NCBI GenBank assembly: GCA_029938595.1
Contig: JAOZUP010000002.1
Span: 1-35,116 of the forward strand
Direction: 5' to 3'
Source of the DNA: Thermoanaerobaculales bacterium
GTDB lineage: Bacteria > Acidobacteriota > Thermoanaerobaculia > Thermoanaerobaculales > Sulfomarinibacteraceae
DNA length: 35,116 nt
Of this stretch, positions 15,931 to 23,456 are shown piece after piece (the first letter of the stretch is position 1; every line of letters starts with the position of its first letter). The translations under genes and the position numbers were made by a program. The notes beneath the pieces were generated by a model. That model was not told the origin of the DNA. It searched no databases and was given only the letters and a program-made list of their open reading frames with translations.

Positions 15931-18005
15931 TGAGGGTTAGCCCGGCTAGGGAGCCATCGCTGAGCTTCGGACCGGTGTGTCGGTGCCTTCTCCGCTCACT
16001 TGCATTCGGCCTCGCAACCGGCTACTGCGCTCAAGTGGGTGTTCTCGCGGCTGACGCGGTGGAGAACACCCCTGGAATTCTCGAGGCCATGAAAATCGGC
16101 GCGGTGAGGGCCCATACCGGCGGCCTTCTACTCTCCGGCCAGGCGGGTGGCACTGTCAAAGGCGCGTTGATCTGGTCGCTCACGGGACGCGAAGAAAACG
16201 GCAGAACCGAGGTTCCTTTTGTCATCGAGGTCGACGGTGAGGCGCTGCTCGCCGGCGGAGGCGGGCGCAGGATCGCTATCGGCATCTTCGTCTATGTGAT
16301 CGATGGCGAAGGCAGGATCGTCGACCACATTGCTCAGGGGTTAGTGCTCGATCCCGCGGTGTATCGTGACGGGATCGCCCGATCGGGATTAAAATTCATC
16401 GGTCGCTTCACCCTGGAACCGGGCGACTACACCCTCAGGGTGATGGTCCAGAACAACGAAACCGGTGATTACTTCATGTCGTGGAGCATCCTGACCCTAC
16501 CGGCCGCCGACGACCCGGCGCCGCTCCTGTTGCCGCCGTTGTTTCCCGATTTGGACGCACCATGGGTGATTGTTCGGCAGAATGGTCAAGACGCCACCAT
16601 CGTTGTGGGTGGCGAAACCGAGATTTTACCCGCCGCCCGGCCGGTGCTGGTAGAGAATCAACCGGCGGAGCTGTATCTGGGCGGCGGCGGTTGGGATCCG
16701 GCCGCGCTGGTCGAAATCCGCATAATCAACGAGCTCGGGCGGACCGTTTCAGAACCCTTGGTGGAATTCTCCGGTACCCCCATCGGCGATTTTCAATTCA
16801 GACGGGCCGTCCTCACCCCAATTGATCTGCCGCCGGGAGAGTACAGCATGATCGTGACGCTGGCGGACGAAAACGCCGGCGAGGTTCTGCGGCGAGCCAC
16901 CCGATTGACGATGGTGGGCGACGGCGAGTCCAGGGGATGGGCTGGAGTGGGTGACGGGGATCTCGCCGTCGAAGAAAACAGGGCAGCTGACGATCGAGAA
17001 AAGACGCAGAAAGTCAGCAAGAGGGAGATTCGGGCCGCCTATCGCGAGGCGCTGCGTCCGCTCGGTAATGGCGATGGCGTGACGGCTCGCCGGATGGTGG
17101 CTGAGCTCGAACGCCGCGCGACGGCAAACGGGTTGCGATCCGCGGTTACGGCCTTGGGCGAGGCGGAGTACGCCGAGTCGAAGGCGTTGGCGGAGGCGGA
17201 TCCGATCTGCCTGATGCCCCTGGCCCTGCTGCACCGCGACCTCTATCGAGGCTATGCGGCGAGGCGGGAGTTGGTCCTGGCATCACACGCCCGAAACATG
17301 GCGGTCGCCTATGCCGAACAGCTCGGACGAATGAAACCCGACAACGGGTTTTCGGAATCTCTGTTGGTCAATCTCGCCTCCGATCTCGCTCAGGCCGGCT
17401 CAACCAGGACCACGCGAAACCTCCTCGAAGGTGCGATTCGCATGAACCCCGGATACGGTCCTGCCATGCTATCACTCGGGTTCAGCTTCGAGCGCACCTC
17501 CGATTACGTCGAGGCGTCAGCCGAATTTCAGAGACTGGTGAACCTCCTCCCAAGCTTTGACGAGGGTCGGCTGCGTCTTGCCATCAACCTGATTCGTACA
17601 GGTCAGAGCGGGGCGGGCACGAAGCTTCTGAGGGGCCTGCTCCAGGATGGCGCGAGACCCTGGATCCAGGACATTGCGGCGCAAGAGTTGGTCCGGCTGC
17701 TGATCAGAAAGGGCCAGGGATCGGAAGCGGAACGGGAGGCTCGCGCCGCCCTCGAACGATCCCCCAACGACCAACGTTTATGGATCCTGCTCGCCGCCAT
17801 CCTCGAGCAATCGGACCGCCACAGTGAGGCGGTCGAGCTTTTAGCGGATCTGCCTCCCGCGAGCCGCGGAGTTTCCCCCCGCGTCCGCTATGCAGAGTGG
17901 CCGGCGTTGGGCGTCGAAGCTTCTCAGACCCGCCTCACATCGCAGGCCGCAGAGGCCGCGCCTGCCCTCAAGGCAGCTTTAGAGGCCCAAGGAGGTTCAG
18001 GTTGA
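15930..18005 (+). CDS. exported protein with an N-terminal beta-rich region and C-terminal TPR repeats, ~691 aa
   Basis: ATG at 15930 overlaps the upstream stop (TGATG). The N-terminal half contains PGDYTLRVMVQNNETGDY, which resembles the C-terminal sandwich of the VWA paralogues. The C-terminal half has multiple TPR-like units (NPGYGPAMLSLGFSFERTSDYVEASAEFQRLVNLLP, SPNDQRLWILLAAILEQSDRHSEAVELL). Confidence 0.8.
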   Translation: MRVSPAREPSLSFGPVCRCLLRSLAFGLATGYCAQVGVLAADAVENTPGILEAMKIGAVRAHTGGLLLSGQAGGTVKGALIWSLTGREENGRTEVPFVIEVDGEALLAGGGGRRIAIGIFVYVIDGEGRIVDHIAQGLVLDPAVYRDGIARSGLKFIGRFTLEPGDYTLRVMVQNNETGDYFMSWSILTLPAADDPAPLLLPPLFPDLDAPWVIVRQNGQDATIVVGGETEILPAARPVLVENQPAELYLGGGGWDPAALVEIRIINELGRTVSEPLVEFSGTPIGDFQFRRAVLTPIDLPPGEYSMIVTLADENAGEVLRRATRLTMVGDGESRGWAGVGDGDLAVEENRAADDREKTQKVSKREIRAAYREALRPLGNGDGVTARRMVAELERRATANGLRSAVTALGEAEYAESKALAEADPICLMPLALLHRDLYRGYAARRELVLASHARNMAVAYAEQLGRMKPDNGFSESLLVNLASDLAQAGSTRTTRNLLEGAIRMNPGYGPAMLSLGFSFERTSDYVEASAEFQRLVNLLPSFDEGRLRLAINLIRTGQSGAGTKLLRGLLQDGARPWIQDIAAQELVRLLIRKGQGSEAEREARAALERSPNDQRLWILLAAILEQSDRHSEAVELLADLPPASRGVSPRVRYAEWPALGVEASQTRLTSQAAEAAPALKAALEAQGGSG

Positions 18006-19186
18006 GGTGGATTCTCCCGATTCTGGGATTGTTATTAATGACGGCGATGCCGACGGGCGCCCAGGATATCTGGGTCTCCATCGTCGAGCCGAAAGACGGG
18101 GATCTAGTGATCGGAGAGCTCGAAGTCGTCGTCGAGGTGGTTGCCCGGGCCGAGATTTCAGAAGTTGAGTTCCAGCTCGATGGCCGCGCCATCGGCACTC
18201 TCACCGTGGAACCCTTCCGTATGCACGTCAATCTCGGCGAAGAAAATCTCCCACACCGATTCTCGGTGGTGGCGATGGACGTGGAGGGCAATTCCGCAAC
18301 GCATGCGGTCACCACGCAGCCCATTCCGATCGCGGGCCAATACGAGGTCGAGCTGCAACAGCTCTATATTTCAGTGACCCGTGACGATCAGCGGGTGCTC
18401 GATCTGGAGAACGAAGTCTTCGCCGTGACGGACAAAGGCGAACCGCAGGAGCTGGTCACTTTCGCACGCGGCGACATACCGTTCACCGCAGTCCTCCTGA
18501 TCGATGCCAGCGCGTCTATGTACGGCGAAAAGATCGAATCGGCGATCGCGGGCGCCGCGTTCTTTGTCCACGGCATGCAGGGGCTCGATCAGGCGCAGGT
18601 CATGGTCTTCTCCGACCAACTCCTCAGCACCACCCCGATCACGGATTCCAGAGCGGTCCTGACCGCCGGCCTCAGCGGAACCGAGGCACGTGGCGGCACC
18701 GCCCTCCAGGACCATCTCTTCGTCGCCCTCAAGCTCCTCGAGCAACGGCAGGGGCGGCGAGTGTTGATCCTCTTGTCCGATGGCATCGACACTCACAGCG
18801 TGCTTCCTATGGACCACATCTCCGAGATCGCGCGTAAGAGTAATGCGCTGATCTACTGGATCCGTTTTGCCCAGAACAGCAGCGATCCAGAAGCCGACGA
18901 CCATGTGGACTTGAGCTCTGCGTGGAAGAACTCGGATCAGTACAGAAAGCAGCGGGACACCTTGACCCAGATCGTCAACCACAGCGGCGGCCGGATATTC
19001 GGCGTGGCCGATCCAAGTAAGATCCAGCCCGTTTTCAATCGCATCCTGGAAGAGCTACGTGATCAGTATGTGCTCGGATACTACCCGAGCAACAAACGCA
19101 ACGACGGGCGCTGGCACCGGGTCAAGGTACGGGTGGAAGCGGCCGGTGTCGAGGTCAGGGCGCCGCGGGGGTATGTGGATCATTAG
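18002..19186 (+). CDS. exported VWA-domain protein (TIGR03436-like) with an intact MIDAS motif, ~394 aa
   Basis: The track ORF starts at 17897. I place the start at the TTG at 18002, which has AAGGAGG 6 nt upstream and overlaps the upstream stop (TTGA). Signal peptide LRWILPILGLLLMTAMPTGAQD. MIDAS reads AVLLIDASASMYG (DxSxS). The C-terminus is GRWHRVKVRVEAAGVEVRAPRGY. Confidence 0.85.
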   Translation: MRWILPILGLLLMTAMPTGAQDIWVSIVEPKDGDLVIGELEVVVEVVARAEISEVEFQLDGRAIGTLTVEPFRMHVNLGEENLPHRFSVVAMDVEGNSATHAVTTQPIPIAGQYEVELQQLYISVTRDDQRVLDLENEVFAVTDKGEPQELVTFARGDIPFTAVLLIDASASMYGEKIESAIAGAAFFVHGMQGLDQAQVMVFSDQLLSTTPITDSRAVLTAGLSGTEARGGTALQDHLFVALKLLEQRQGRRVLILLSDGIDTHSVLPMDHISEIARKSNALIYWIRFAQNSSDPEADDHVDLSSAWKNSDQYRKQRDTLTQIVNHSGGRIFGVADPSKIQPVFNRILEELRDQYVLGYYPSNKRNDGRWHRVKVRVEAAGVEVRAPRGYVDH

Positions 19187-19196
19187 CAACTCGGCT

Positions 19197-19217
19197 GGGA
19201 GGGGAAAACCCCCTCCC
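19197..19217 (+). other. perfect 8-bp GC hairpin GGGAGGGG-aaaac-CCCCTCCC
   Basis: It lies 11 nt after the VWA stop and has no U-tract. It precedes the canonical terminator. Confidence 0.5.
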
Positions 19218-19230
19218 CTACAACAAAACC

Positions 19231-19264
19231 GTAGGGGCGGGGTTTATCCCCGCCTACGATTTTT
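19231..19264 (+). terminator. intrinsic terminator of the VWA-TPR-VWA operon
   Basis: GTAGGGGCGGGG-ttta-tCCCCGCCTAC forms a stem with one bulge and is followed by gaTTTTT. Confidence 0.65.
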
Positions 19265-19358
19265 CGGTGGTCGTAAACAGAATTGGGTGCCGGGCTGCAA
19301 CTCATTGACGATTGCGTCGTAGAGTCTGTAGCCTCCAAGGAAGGAGAATTTACGCCAT

Positions 19359-20318
19359 ATGAGACTCTCACTACTCACAGCGATCCTCCTCATTTTCTGG
19401 CCGACGATGGCCGCGTGGGCGGTCGACCTCCCCTCGCCGAAACCTGAGCAGCCGGCCAACACGAGGACGGAAAGCCCGGCTCCGAAATTCGAGGGCTATC
19501 TCTATCTGGATGTCGAGGGGAAACCACTTCCGATCCAATCGGACGCCGAGATCGAGGCGTTCTTGACAGAGGCAGAGATCGTTGAGATCTCGATGCTCGG
19601 CACTGGCGTCACCCTTCCCCGAAAGGTTACTCTTCTCGGCGACGGTTTCCGTGCCCACGCGATCTTCAAGGACAAGGACGAGAAGCGGCGGAAGTTCACC
19701 GACAGAATCAACGGCCGCAACTATTTTACCCTCGACTGGCGCGATTGGCACGGCTACGACGCAGCAGCTTACGAGCTCGACCGGCTGCTCGGGATGAACC
19801 GGGTGCCGCCCGCCGTCCCACGATCCATCGAACATGACTCGGGAACGATTACTATCTGGCTCGAAGAAACCGTCTCTGAGGTCGAGCGCTCGCGCGAGCT
19901 GCACATCCCTCCCCCCGACCAGAGACGCTGGGACCAGCAGCGCTCGATGTTGCAGGTCTTCGACAACCTGGTGGCAAACCGGGACAGCAACCTGGGAAAC
20001 CGGCTGATCGACGCCAACTGGCGTCTGTGGTTCATTGACTGCACCCGCTGCTTTGGGAACACCAAAACCATGTACTACCCGCTCGAGAGCATCAGGCAAT
20101 GCGAACGAGGGTTCTGGCACGGACTTGAGACCTTGAACGCGACCAGCGCCAAAGAATATCTCTCGGGACACCTCAACAAGGCGGAGATCAGCGCGCTGCT
20201 GACCCGTCGAGACATCATCGTGCAGCACTTTCAGAAGCTGATCGACGAGAGGGGCGAGGCACTGGTGCTCTTCGAGGTCGATCCACCGACCGAGACAGCT
20301 CCCTGGGGCGAGGAATAG
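19359..20318 (+). CDS. secreted protein with atypical kinase-like (PI3/PI4-kinase / PI4KII-like) motifs, 319 aa
   Basis: Signal peptide MRLSLLTAILLIFWPTMAAWA. The candidate Lys is in RAHAIFKDKDE and the candidate Glu is in AAAYELDRLLGMNRVP. The catalytic-loop-like segment is FDNLVANRDSNLGNRLID (DxxxxN), and LWFIDCTRCF is an equivalent of the DFG Asp. The CDS call is solid; the family call is only moderate. Confidence 0.7.
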   Translation: MRLSLLTAILLIFWPTMAAWAVDLPSPKPEQPANTRTESPAPKFEGYLYLDVEGKPLPIQSDAEIEAFLTEAEIVEISMLGTGVTLPRKVTLLGDGFRAHAIFKDKDEKRRKFTDRINGRNYFTLDWRDWHGYDAAAYELDRLLGMNRVPPAVPRSIEHDSGTITIWLEETVSEVERSRELHIPPPDQRRWDQQRSMLQVFDNLVANRDSNLGNRLIDANWRLWFIDCTRCFGNTKTMYYPLESIRQCERGFWHGLETLNATSAKEYLSGHLNKAEISALLTRRDIIVQHFQKLIDERGEALVLFEVDPPTETAPWGEE

Positions 20319-20367
20319 TTTTGAGTTCTTAGTTTTGAGTTATGAATTGAGAGTTGAGAGTGAGGGG
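20316..20367 (+). repeat. G/T/A-rich, almost C-free direct repeats (2 x TAGTTTTGAGTT, then TTGAGAG TTGAGAG TGAGGGG)
   Basis: Read directly from the sequence. It starts at the stop codon of the kinase-like gene, and the only C in the stretch is at 20328. Confidence 0.8.
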
Positions 20368-20374
20368 TGGTCCG

Positions 20375-20422
20375 CCTAACCTCCTAACTTCCTAACTTCC
20401 TAACTTCCTAACCTCCTAACCC
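20375..20422 (+). repeat. 6 x 8-bp tandem repeat CCTAAC(C/T)(T/C), G-free
   Basis: The sequence is cctaacct cctaactt cctaactt cctaactt cctaacct cctaaccc. It lies in the convergent intergenic region between 20318 and 20469. Confidence 0.9.
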
Positions 20423-20468
20423 TTATCTCTGCCTCGGATTCGGTAATAGGTTGGCTCGTCGGCCTTGG

Positions 20469-21422
20469 TCAGCTTCCGCCCCTTTCGACCGGTTCGAGGA
20501 TCAGCCTGCCGCCCCGGTAGTCGAAAAACACCCGGAACCGGTTCATGAACCGGTTGCCTAGGATGCCGTTGACGCTTGGGATGTTGCGCACCGACGGCAC
20601 GCTAAAGGCCTCCATCCACGCCGTCTCCACACCCTCGGTAACGATCGAACCGAGCTGCAATCGCCACGTCGACGCCACGACTACCCTGGTTTCGCCCACC
20701 ACCCCGACGCTCGCGCCGACGGTCTGTTCGGAAGGCGGTTTGAGGTGACGCCGCGATTTGGTGATCAGGGACAGGGAACGGCTCGAACCGGTGTCCACCA
20801 CCAACCGGACCGCCACCTCCTTCCCACTCTCCTTGACGATCACTGCGCCGTTCACCACCGGCCGCCTGTCCATCACCTCGAGCGGCACGTCGTACCCAGG
20901 GCCCCGGTAGTCGAAGATCCCGGGATCGTGGAGCAGCAGACGGTGACCGACCGGATTGATCTCGACCACGTAGCGTTCGAAGAGATCGGCACCGAGAAAG
21001 CCGTGAATCTCGCGGCCTGCCGCCGCCGCCAGCCTGGGGCCGATGTCATGAATCACGAGTGGCGCGTGCAGCACTTCGGTACCGTCCATTCGGATACGGA
21101 TCTCCTCTGCTACCTGCACCCGCGTCGCACCCGAACCCACTCCGCGCGCGAGACCCGATTCCTTGACGGCAAGACCGAGAGCCCAGGCAAGCAAGGGGTC
21201 GGTAATGGAGCTTTGGGTGGCTCCGGAGTCGAGCACGAAATCGAGTGGCGGTGAGTCGGCAATTCTCACCTGCACCAGGATGAGACCCGCAAAGGGCTCA
21301 TACACCAGTTCGTGCACGCATGAGGGCGGGTTCGGTGAGCTGTCCTCCTCGAGCGCGAACGCGCCCGTCGTCATCAGCATGGCAACCGAAAAATGCAGCA
21401 GCAGTCGAGTATACCGGGTCAT
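20469..21422 (-). CDS. secreted two-lobed retropepsin-like aspartic protease, 317 aa
   Basis: There is a signal peptide (LLLHFSVAMLMTTGAFA). Two aspartic-protease signatures occur in one chain: FVLDSGATQSSI and LVVDTGSSRSLSL. Each is followed by an ILG/FLG-type segment (GFLGADLFERY; GILGNRFMNRF). Confidence 0.8.
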   Translation of the reverse strand: MTRYTRLLLHFSVAMLMTTGAFALEEDSSPNPPSCVHELVYEPFAGLILVQVRIADSPPLDFVLDSGATQSSITDPLLAWALGLAVKESGLARGVGSGATRVQVAEEIRIRMDGTEVLHAPLVIHDIGPRLAAAAGREIHGFLGADLFERYVVEINPVGHRLLLHDPGIFDYRGPGYDVPLEVMDRRPVVNGAVIVKESGKEVAVRLVVDTGSSRSLSLITKSRRHLKPPSEQTVGASVGVVGETRVVVASTWRLQLGSIVTEGVETAWMEAFSVPSVRNIPSVNGILGNRFMNRFRVFFDYRGGRLILEPVERGGS

Positions 21423-21438
21423 AGGCCACTCAGTCTAA

Positions 21439-21479
21439 CCCGGCGGAGCCGGAACCAATGAGATCCCGGTTCCGCCGGG
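21439..21479 (-). other. 12-bp bulged GC-rich hairpin between the transglutaminase-like and aspartic protease genes
   Basis: The plus strand reads CCCGGCGG-agccgg-AACC ... GGTT-CCGCCGGG. There is no U-tract, so it may be an intra-operon processing or attenuation structure. Confidence 0.35.
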
Positions 21480-21496
21480 AGGTATAAGATGAGCGA

Positions 21497-22603
21497 TTAT
21501 CCGCTATCGTTCATCTCGGATCTCTGCCGACGCAGTTCTGCCGCCCGCCGGGAATGTTTCTCGGCCCTGGCTCGGTCTTGTTCGTACAGCGCCAGCCGCG
21601 CCAGGGCGTCATAGACCTCGGGCTCTTTCCCATACCACCACCGTGCCCGGCGAAGGTACCGTCGTGCGGATTCGAAATTTCCCTGCACCATGTCGACCTC
21701 CGCCATGGCGATCAGGGTGAACGGACTTCTGGTGCCTTCCGCCGCTGTCCGAAGCGCCGTCTGTGCCTCCTTCTCACGGCCAAGGGAACGATAAACAGAA
21801 GACATATTGGTGAGAGCCGACGGGTTGAGAGGATCGGCGACAAGAGCCGAACGGTACGCCTCCAAAGCACCGTCGGTATCTCCCAGACGAAATCGAGTGA
21901 CGCCGAGGTTTGTCCAGGCGGGAGCCCATTCCGGTGCCAGAGTGGTCGCGATCTCGAGATGGCGGCGAGCCTCGTCGAGATCGCCGTTACGGATGCTCTC
22001 ACCACCGAGGTTGGTGTGGAAGATTGCAGATGCTGCGAGGTCGTCGATCACCCTCTTGTGGGAATAGGGTTCTTCGGAAGTGGCGGAGAAGTCGAAGATA
22101 TAGACCTTGCGGGGACCCCGAAAGGCTGCGACAACGTGGTGGTTCACAACGACGACACCGTCCGCCTTCTCAACACCTGGTGGGCGACGTACCGAGACAA
22201 GAAATGTCGGGTATCCGAGGCTGCGTGAGATAGCCACGAAGAGCGAGGTGAACGACATGCAGTTTCCCTCACGTTCCGCAAACGCATCGGCGGCCGTTAG
22301 GGTCCTCATGTTGTCGTAAGCGAAAGAGTAACTCGTGTGGAACAGAGCCTGTTGCAGCACGGTCAGCGGCAGGATCTCAGAATTCCGGGCGCAGGGTTGT
22401 ATTTTTTCCTCGGCCCACGCGATCATTTCCGGCGTCGTCTCGAAGGGGTACACGACGTCGCGTGGGTCGAGCTGCCGCTCGATCACCGCTCGCTCCCACT
22501 CCTCATATCCGAAGAACTGGGGCTTGGGGCCGGCCCAGGCGTTCCATGCAACCGCGAGCACCACCAGCATCGAAGCGGCGCGAACAACGAAGCTCTTGCT
22601 CAT
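21497..22603 (-). CDS. exported transglutaminase-like cysteine protease-fold protein with C-terminal TPR repeats, 368 aa
   Basis: Signal peptide AASMLVVLAVAWNAWAG. The Cys motif is EREGNCMSFTSLFVAISRSLGYPTFLV, and the downstream His/Asp are in NHHVVAAF...IFDFS. The TPR units include NLGVTRFRLGDTDGALEAYRSALVADPLNP. Confidence 0.8.
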   Translation of the reverse strand: MSKSFVVRAASMLVVLAVAWNAWAGPKPQFFGYEEWERAVIERQLDPRDVVYPFETTPEMIAWAEEKIQPCARNSEILPLTVLQQALFHTSYSFAYDNMRTLTAADAFAEREGNCMSFTSLFVAISRSLGYPTFLVSVRRPPGVEKADGVVVVNHHVVAAFRGPRKVYIFDFSATSEEPYSHKRVIDDLAASAIFHTNLGGESIRNGDLDEARRHLEIATTLAPEWAPAWTNLGVTRFRLGDTDGALEAYRSALVADPLNPSALTNMSSVYRSLGREKEAQTALRTAAEGTRSPFTLIAMAEVDMVQGNFESARRYLRRARWWYGKEPEVYDALARLALYEQDRARAEKHSRRAAELRRQRSEMNDSG

Positions 22604-22684
22604 ACTTGCAGTTTACGCACACGGAAGTCAAAGGTTACGGGCGCCCCCTACTTGAAGGTGGCGTGTTGACGTCGAGCAGGCTAC

Positions 22685-23299
22685 TTACTGGGGACGCTCG
22701 ATCTCGAACGGCACCCGCGCATCGAACTCTTCGAATTCGATGATGAACTCCCATCTACCTGGCTGGATTCCGCCTTGAACCGGAAAAAAGAGTAGGCCCT
22801 GGCAGATCTTTCGTACATTCACATACACCGATTCGAGCGCAGTAACCGTGCCGGGCAGCGGCTGGAATCCGAGGTCGCATGTCCTGCGGCCGGCATGGGT
22901 GAAGTCGAGAGGATCCGAGGCCAGCGCGGCGCGCCGTGCCGAACTCTGGATTTCGGGGTAGGCATCGATGAAATCCGGATAGGTCGGCAGCGGGATCTTC
23001 CGGCCGTCCGGTGTCCTCACCGACACGCTGTCGCTGCGGACCTCGATGGCCTGCGAATCCGAGCTGGTGATGGCCACGTTGAGGATGATCCAGTCATCGC
23101 CCACACTCACATTGGCAAACTTGTAGTCCACCAGCACCTCCACCAGCGGGCTGCGATACCGGGTCATCGTCCTTCCCATCTGGTCGATCGTCTTGTCGGT
23201 GGCCGAACCACCGTTACTGGACGAGGCGGAGCTGCAGGCGGCGAGCAGGACCGCCAAAGTGAGCATCACCAGTGGTCCGAGAGCGTGCATTCTCTTCAT
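22685..23299 (-). CDS. lipoprotein of unknown function, ~204 aa
   Basis: AGGAGG lies 8 nt upstream of the ATG at 23299; the track start at 23305 is only 2 nt from the SD. MKRMHALGPLVMLTLAVLLAAC carries the lipobox LAAC. The mature part looks beta-rich. Confidence 0.75.
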   Translation of the reverse strand: MKRMHALGPLVMLTLAVLLAACSSASSSNGGSATDKTIDQMGRTMTRYRSPLVEVLVDYKFANVSVGDDWIILNVAITSSDSQAIEVRSDSVSVRTPDGRKIPLPTYPDFIDAYPEIQSSARRAALASDPLDFTHAGRRTCDLGFQPLPGTVTALESVYVNVRKICQGLLFFPVQGGIQPGRWEFIIEFEEFDARVPFEIERPQ

Positions 23300-23456
23300 G
23301 TTCATTTCCTCCTACCTGTTTCGTTGTGCAAACACCGTACCGGAGTTACCCCCGCAGATCCAACCTCTCGGGGTGTCGGCCCCGTCCCACTCGGGTGACG
23401 CTTGTCCCACAAAGTGGGCGGCCCGCTCATATCTCACACGTCATCCGCGCTGGGCT

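Noticed and set aside
19371-20228. 285-aa minus-strand ORF opposite the kinase-like gene; similarly 21554..22228 (+), 26000..26881 (+) and 33446..34252 (-)
   Set aside because: Each lies opposite a better-supported gene (signal peptide plus family motifs) and has no SD or motif support.
20375-20422. The 8-bp tandem array considered as a CRISPR array or telomere-like (TTAGGG) repeat
   Set aside because: The units are contiguous with no spacers and far too short for CRISPR. The unit is CCTAACYY, an 8-mer rather than the 6-mer telomeric repeat, and it sits inside a bacterial intergenic region.
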